Source: an uncultured Planctomycetia bacterium (GTDB lineage Bacteria; Omnitrophota; Gorgyraeia; Tantalellales; Tantalellaceae). Taken from it: DNA of 64,000 bases. A program made the translations under genes and the position numbers. Shown here piece by piece: positions 54,001 to 57,000 of this stretch. Positions within the stretch are counted from its first letter, which is position 1. Each line of letters begins with the position of its first letter. Below the pieces are notes generated by a model, which had not been told where the DNA came from, did not search any database, and saw only the letters and a program-made list of their open reading frames with translations. The stretch spans positions 160,984 to 224,983 of the forward strand of contig CAYPCX010000002.1 of the NCBI GenBank assembly GCA_964409365.1, read 5' to 3'.

Positions 54001-57000
54001 TCGTGGAGTTCACGAGTATTGAAGAGGACGGCAGACAGAACGTCGTATCCGTAAGTTCCGTCAATAGCAGCCCCATACTTGATGCCGCGGGCAATGTGAT
54101 AGACGGCGCGATCCATATATATGATAACAATAATAGTGAAAGGATAACGGTAATTTTTGGCGCTAATTCCATACGGATAAGGAAAATGAACCCGCAATCC
54201 TGTGCGCACAGACGGGCCATCGTGGAGCACATCAAGAAGTTCGCGTCCATGGCCCAGCAGGATATACAAGGTGTTTACCGTCTTTCCTGGATGGCATGGG
54301 CGGTAGGGTTGATCCTGACATTACTGGTCCCGTATCTTCTGTATGTCCAGCTTGGGGTGACGCTGTTGGTCGCCCATATCCCCATGGTGATAGGCGCTTT
54401 TATACTGGCTGTTTGCGGGTTCGAGAGGGCATATATGTGGTGGCATAAAGAACCTGGTAAGGCTCCAGAAAGCCCTTACAGGTTCGGGAGGTTCGCCCGT
54501 CATATGCTGAAATATCTCCTGCCGATCGCGGTCCTCATGGATTATTACAACCAGATGTACGAGCCCGCCAGAAGGTGTGTCGCGAGATGCTGGTTCGTCA
54601 TGGCGCTGTGGTGGGTTGCTGAAGGGTTCTGGACAAGGGGTAGGACCGACGCAGTGCAGATAGGGCTGGGGGAATCCTTGGCGGACGCGAAGATCCTGCA
54701 TGAAAAAGCCAAGAGCTGGGTTTCCTTCAGGGGGCCGATCGCGACCGTTACGATCTTAGTGATCGTTATCATCCTTATACTCCCGGTCATATTTTTCGGC
54801 CAGCTGATCCGATTGGAGATCGACAGGGCGCATGGCTTGCTCGACAGCGATCTTAACAGGTATGTAGCCGGGGATATCAGTGATGAAGGTATCCTTAGAG
54901 AGAATTATAACCGCCAGGAGCACGGCAAAGGGGCCGGATGGGTCGCTAAGTGGATATGGGGACGTTACAACACGAAAAGGTCCGTCGAGCAGCGTGTCGG
55001 TTACCTGCGCGCGAAAATAGAAGAGCTTGGAAGAGCGAACGAGCGCGGTGAAAGCGAGAGCGAGAAAGAAAGGCGCAAGAAAGGCGTCCGTGTATGGGTG
55101 GAAGAATTCGAAAAAGACATGCGCAGGCTGGTCAGGAGGAACCCGAACCTCAGAAGTTACGCCTGGGGCCGTATCCTTGAATTATACAGGGCGCTGGATA
55201 ACGCCGAGTGCGGAGGGATGGAAAAAGGCGGGTACCTGCCCCTGCCTGCTGAAAACGGTGAAGCCGGAATGCCTGCAGGAAAACCCGAAGCTGACGCCGG
55301 TAGAACAGAAGAAAAGGACGACAAGGCTCCAAAAGGCGAATACCTGGTGCAGCTGGACAAGCAGAACCCGGAGCAGGGTTTTGATTTTGAACCTGACAGC
55401 AAGAATAATGTCTTGCGGGTCGATCTGAGGTTCCCCGATTCGCTGGACGGGTGCCGTCTCGCGGCCGATATTTCTGTCGGCGGGAAGGGACTCGAGACGG
55501 TCTTGATAGGCCCGAACACCAAACCCCTTCTTGAAAGGAACTGGGCCGTGATCTCGGAGAAAAGGATCCACTCGCTCGGTTACGAGAAGACCACTGAAAA
55601 GTGGGTAACGTATTATATCGTCCGGAAGGACGGGGGCCCGCTGAAAAAAGCCAGGGTGACGATCAGGATCACCGCTCCCGGGGACAGAACGGCTCCCATA
55701 GGCAGCGAGATCATGGGAAGGATCGGGATAAGAGGCCCGAGAACCCAGAAGCTGAAATTCAAGCCGTTCGATGATGGAGGAAAGGAGGGTCCGCCCCAGG
55801 TACGGGAGAGCAAGCGTCCGCCTAAAGATAAGCACCGTTTTGACAAGAAAGAAGAGAAAGCCAGACGGACCGGTATGAGGGTTCCCAAGAAGAAAGAGAA
55901 GCGGGGCATCGCGCCTCTCCCGCAGAAACGACCCCAGCCAAGGGGACGGCAGAAAGGGTTTACGCTTAAACATCTACTGCTTCTTGTGGCGGCTCCCGGT
56001 CTGATGATGATCGCGTGGTTCAATCCGGGGCTTTTCCTGGCGGTCGTGGCGGGCGTCTCGATAAGTTTCTTTGTCGGGATGGCGGCGATGAGGCCGGCCC
56101 GGTATTATGATATATCCGGGATGGAACTGCGTCTCTATATCCCGGAAGATATACGCACTGAGCTCGCCCTTACGAGGGACGTGGACATGAGACTGATCAA
56201 TGAGAGTGGAGTTGAACTGGTGGCGGTCGCCGGTCATGACAGGGAAGCCATGATAGAAAAGATCAACGAAGAGACCAGGGGTGAAAAGGTTCTCTGCGCC
56301 GTTCTGGACAGCACCGCGATAGATAGCGGGTTCAGGACGTCGGATGGCGAAGTGGATACTGAAAAGCTCGGGGAACTCATGCAGGAATTCGCCAACCAGG
56401 CACAGAGAGACATCATCAGGCTCATGCATCCGGAGCTTGAGGATCTGGATGTGCCGGGTGTAGAAGAGATCATGAAAGCCGGACGGATCCGTGACGTCGC
56501 GGTCCTGTACGCGAGATTGTTGGAAGATATAGAGTCCATGGAACTTGCCAGTAAGAGCATCGCCGATATGAGATTGAACAAGCTTCATGTTGACCTCCTG
56601 CCGGAAAAAGTGGCCGGGGTGGACAGGTATGTCGCCGAGCTCGAGCAGAGGGATAAGGCTAAACATATAAGCGTGAGGGCCAGGGGCCTTGCCGACCTGA
56701 AGTTCATCGCCAACGCCATAGCGGGCATGGGACTTGACAGTGATGCCGGGGAGGCCAGGGAGAACGCGTCGAAGTTCATACAGGTAAGGCTTACCGACCA
56801 GAACGTGAAGACGAAAGATGACCTGGTCAAATACATGAAAGATACGGGCCTGGACCGATACCTGAACGTGGACAACGTTGTGCTTGTAACACCAGAAGAC
56901 GATACCTCGCTCAAGGGCACGCTCGAGATGGTGAAACGCACCTTCGCGGACGCCCGGGATCACCAGATCGCCATAGGTGATATAGTTACGGAGGGCGACG

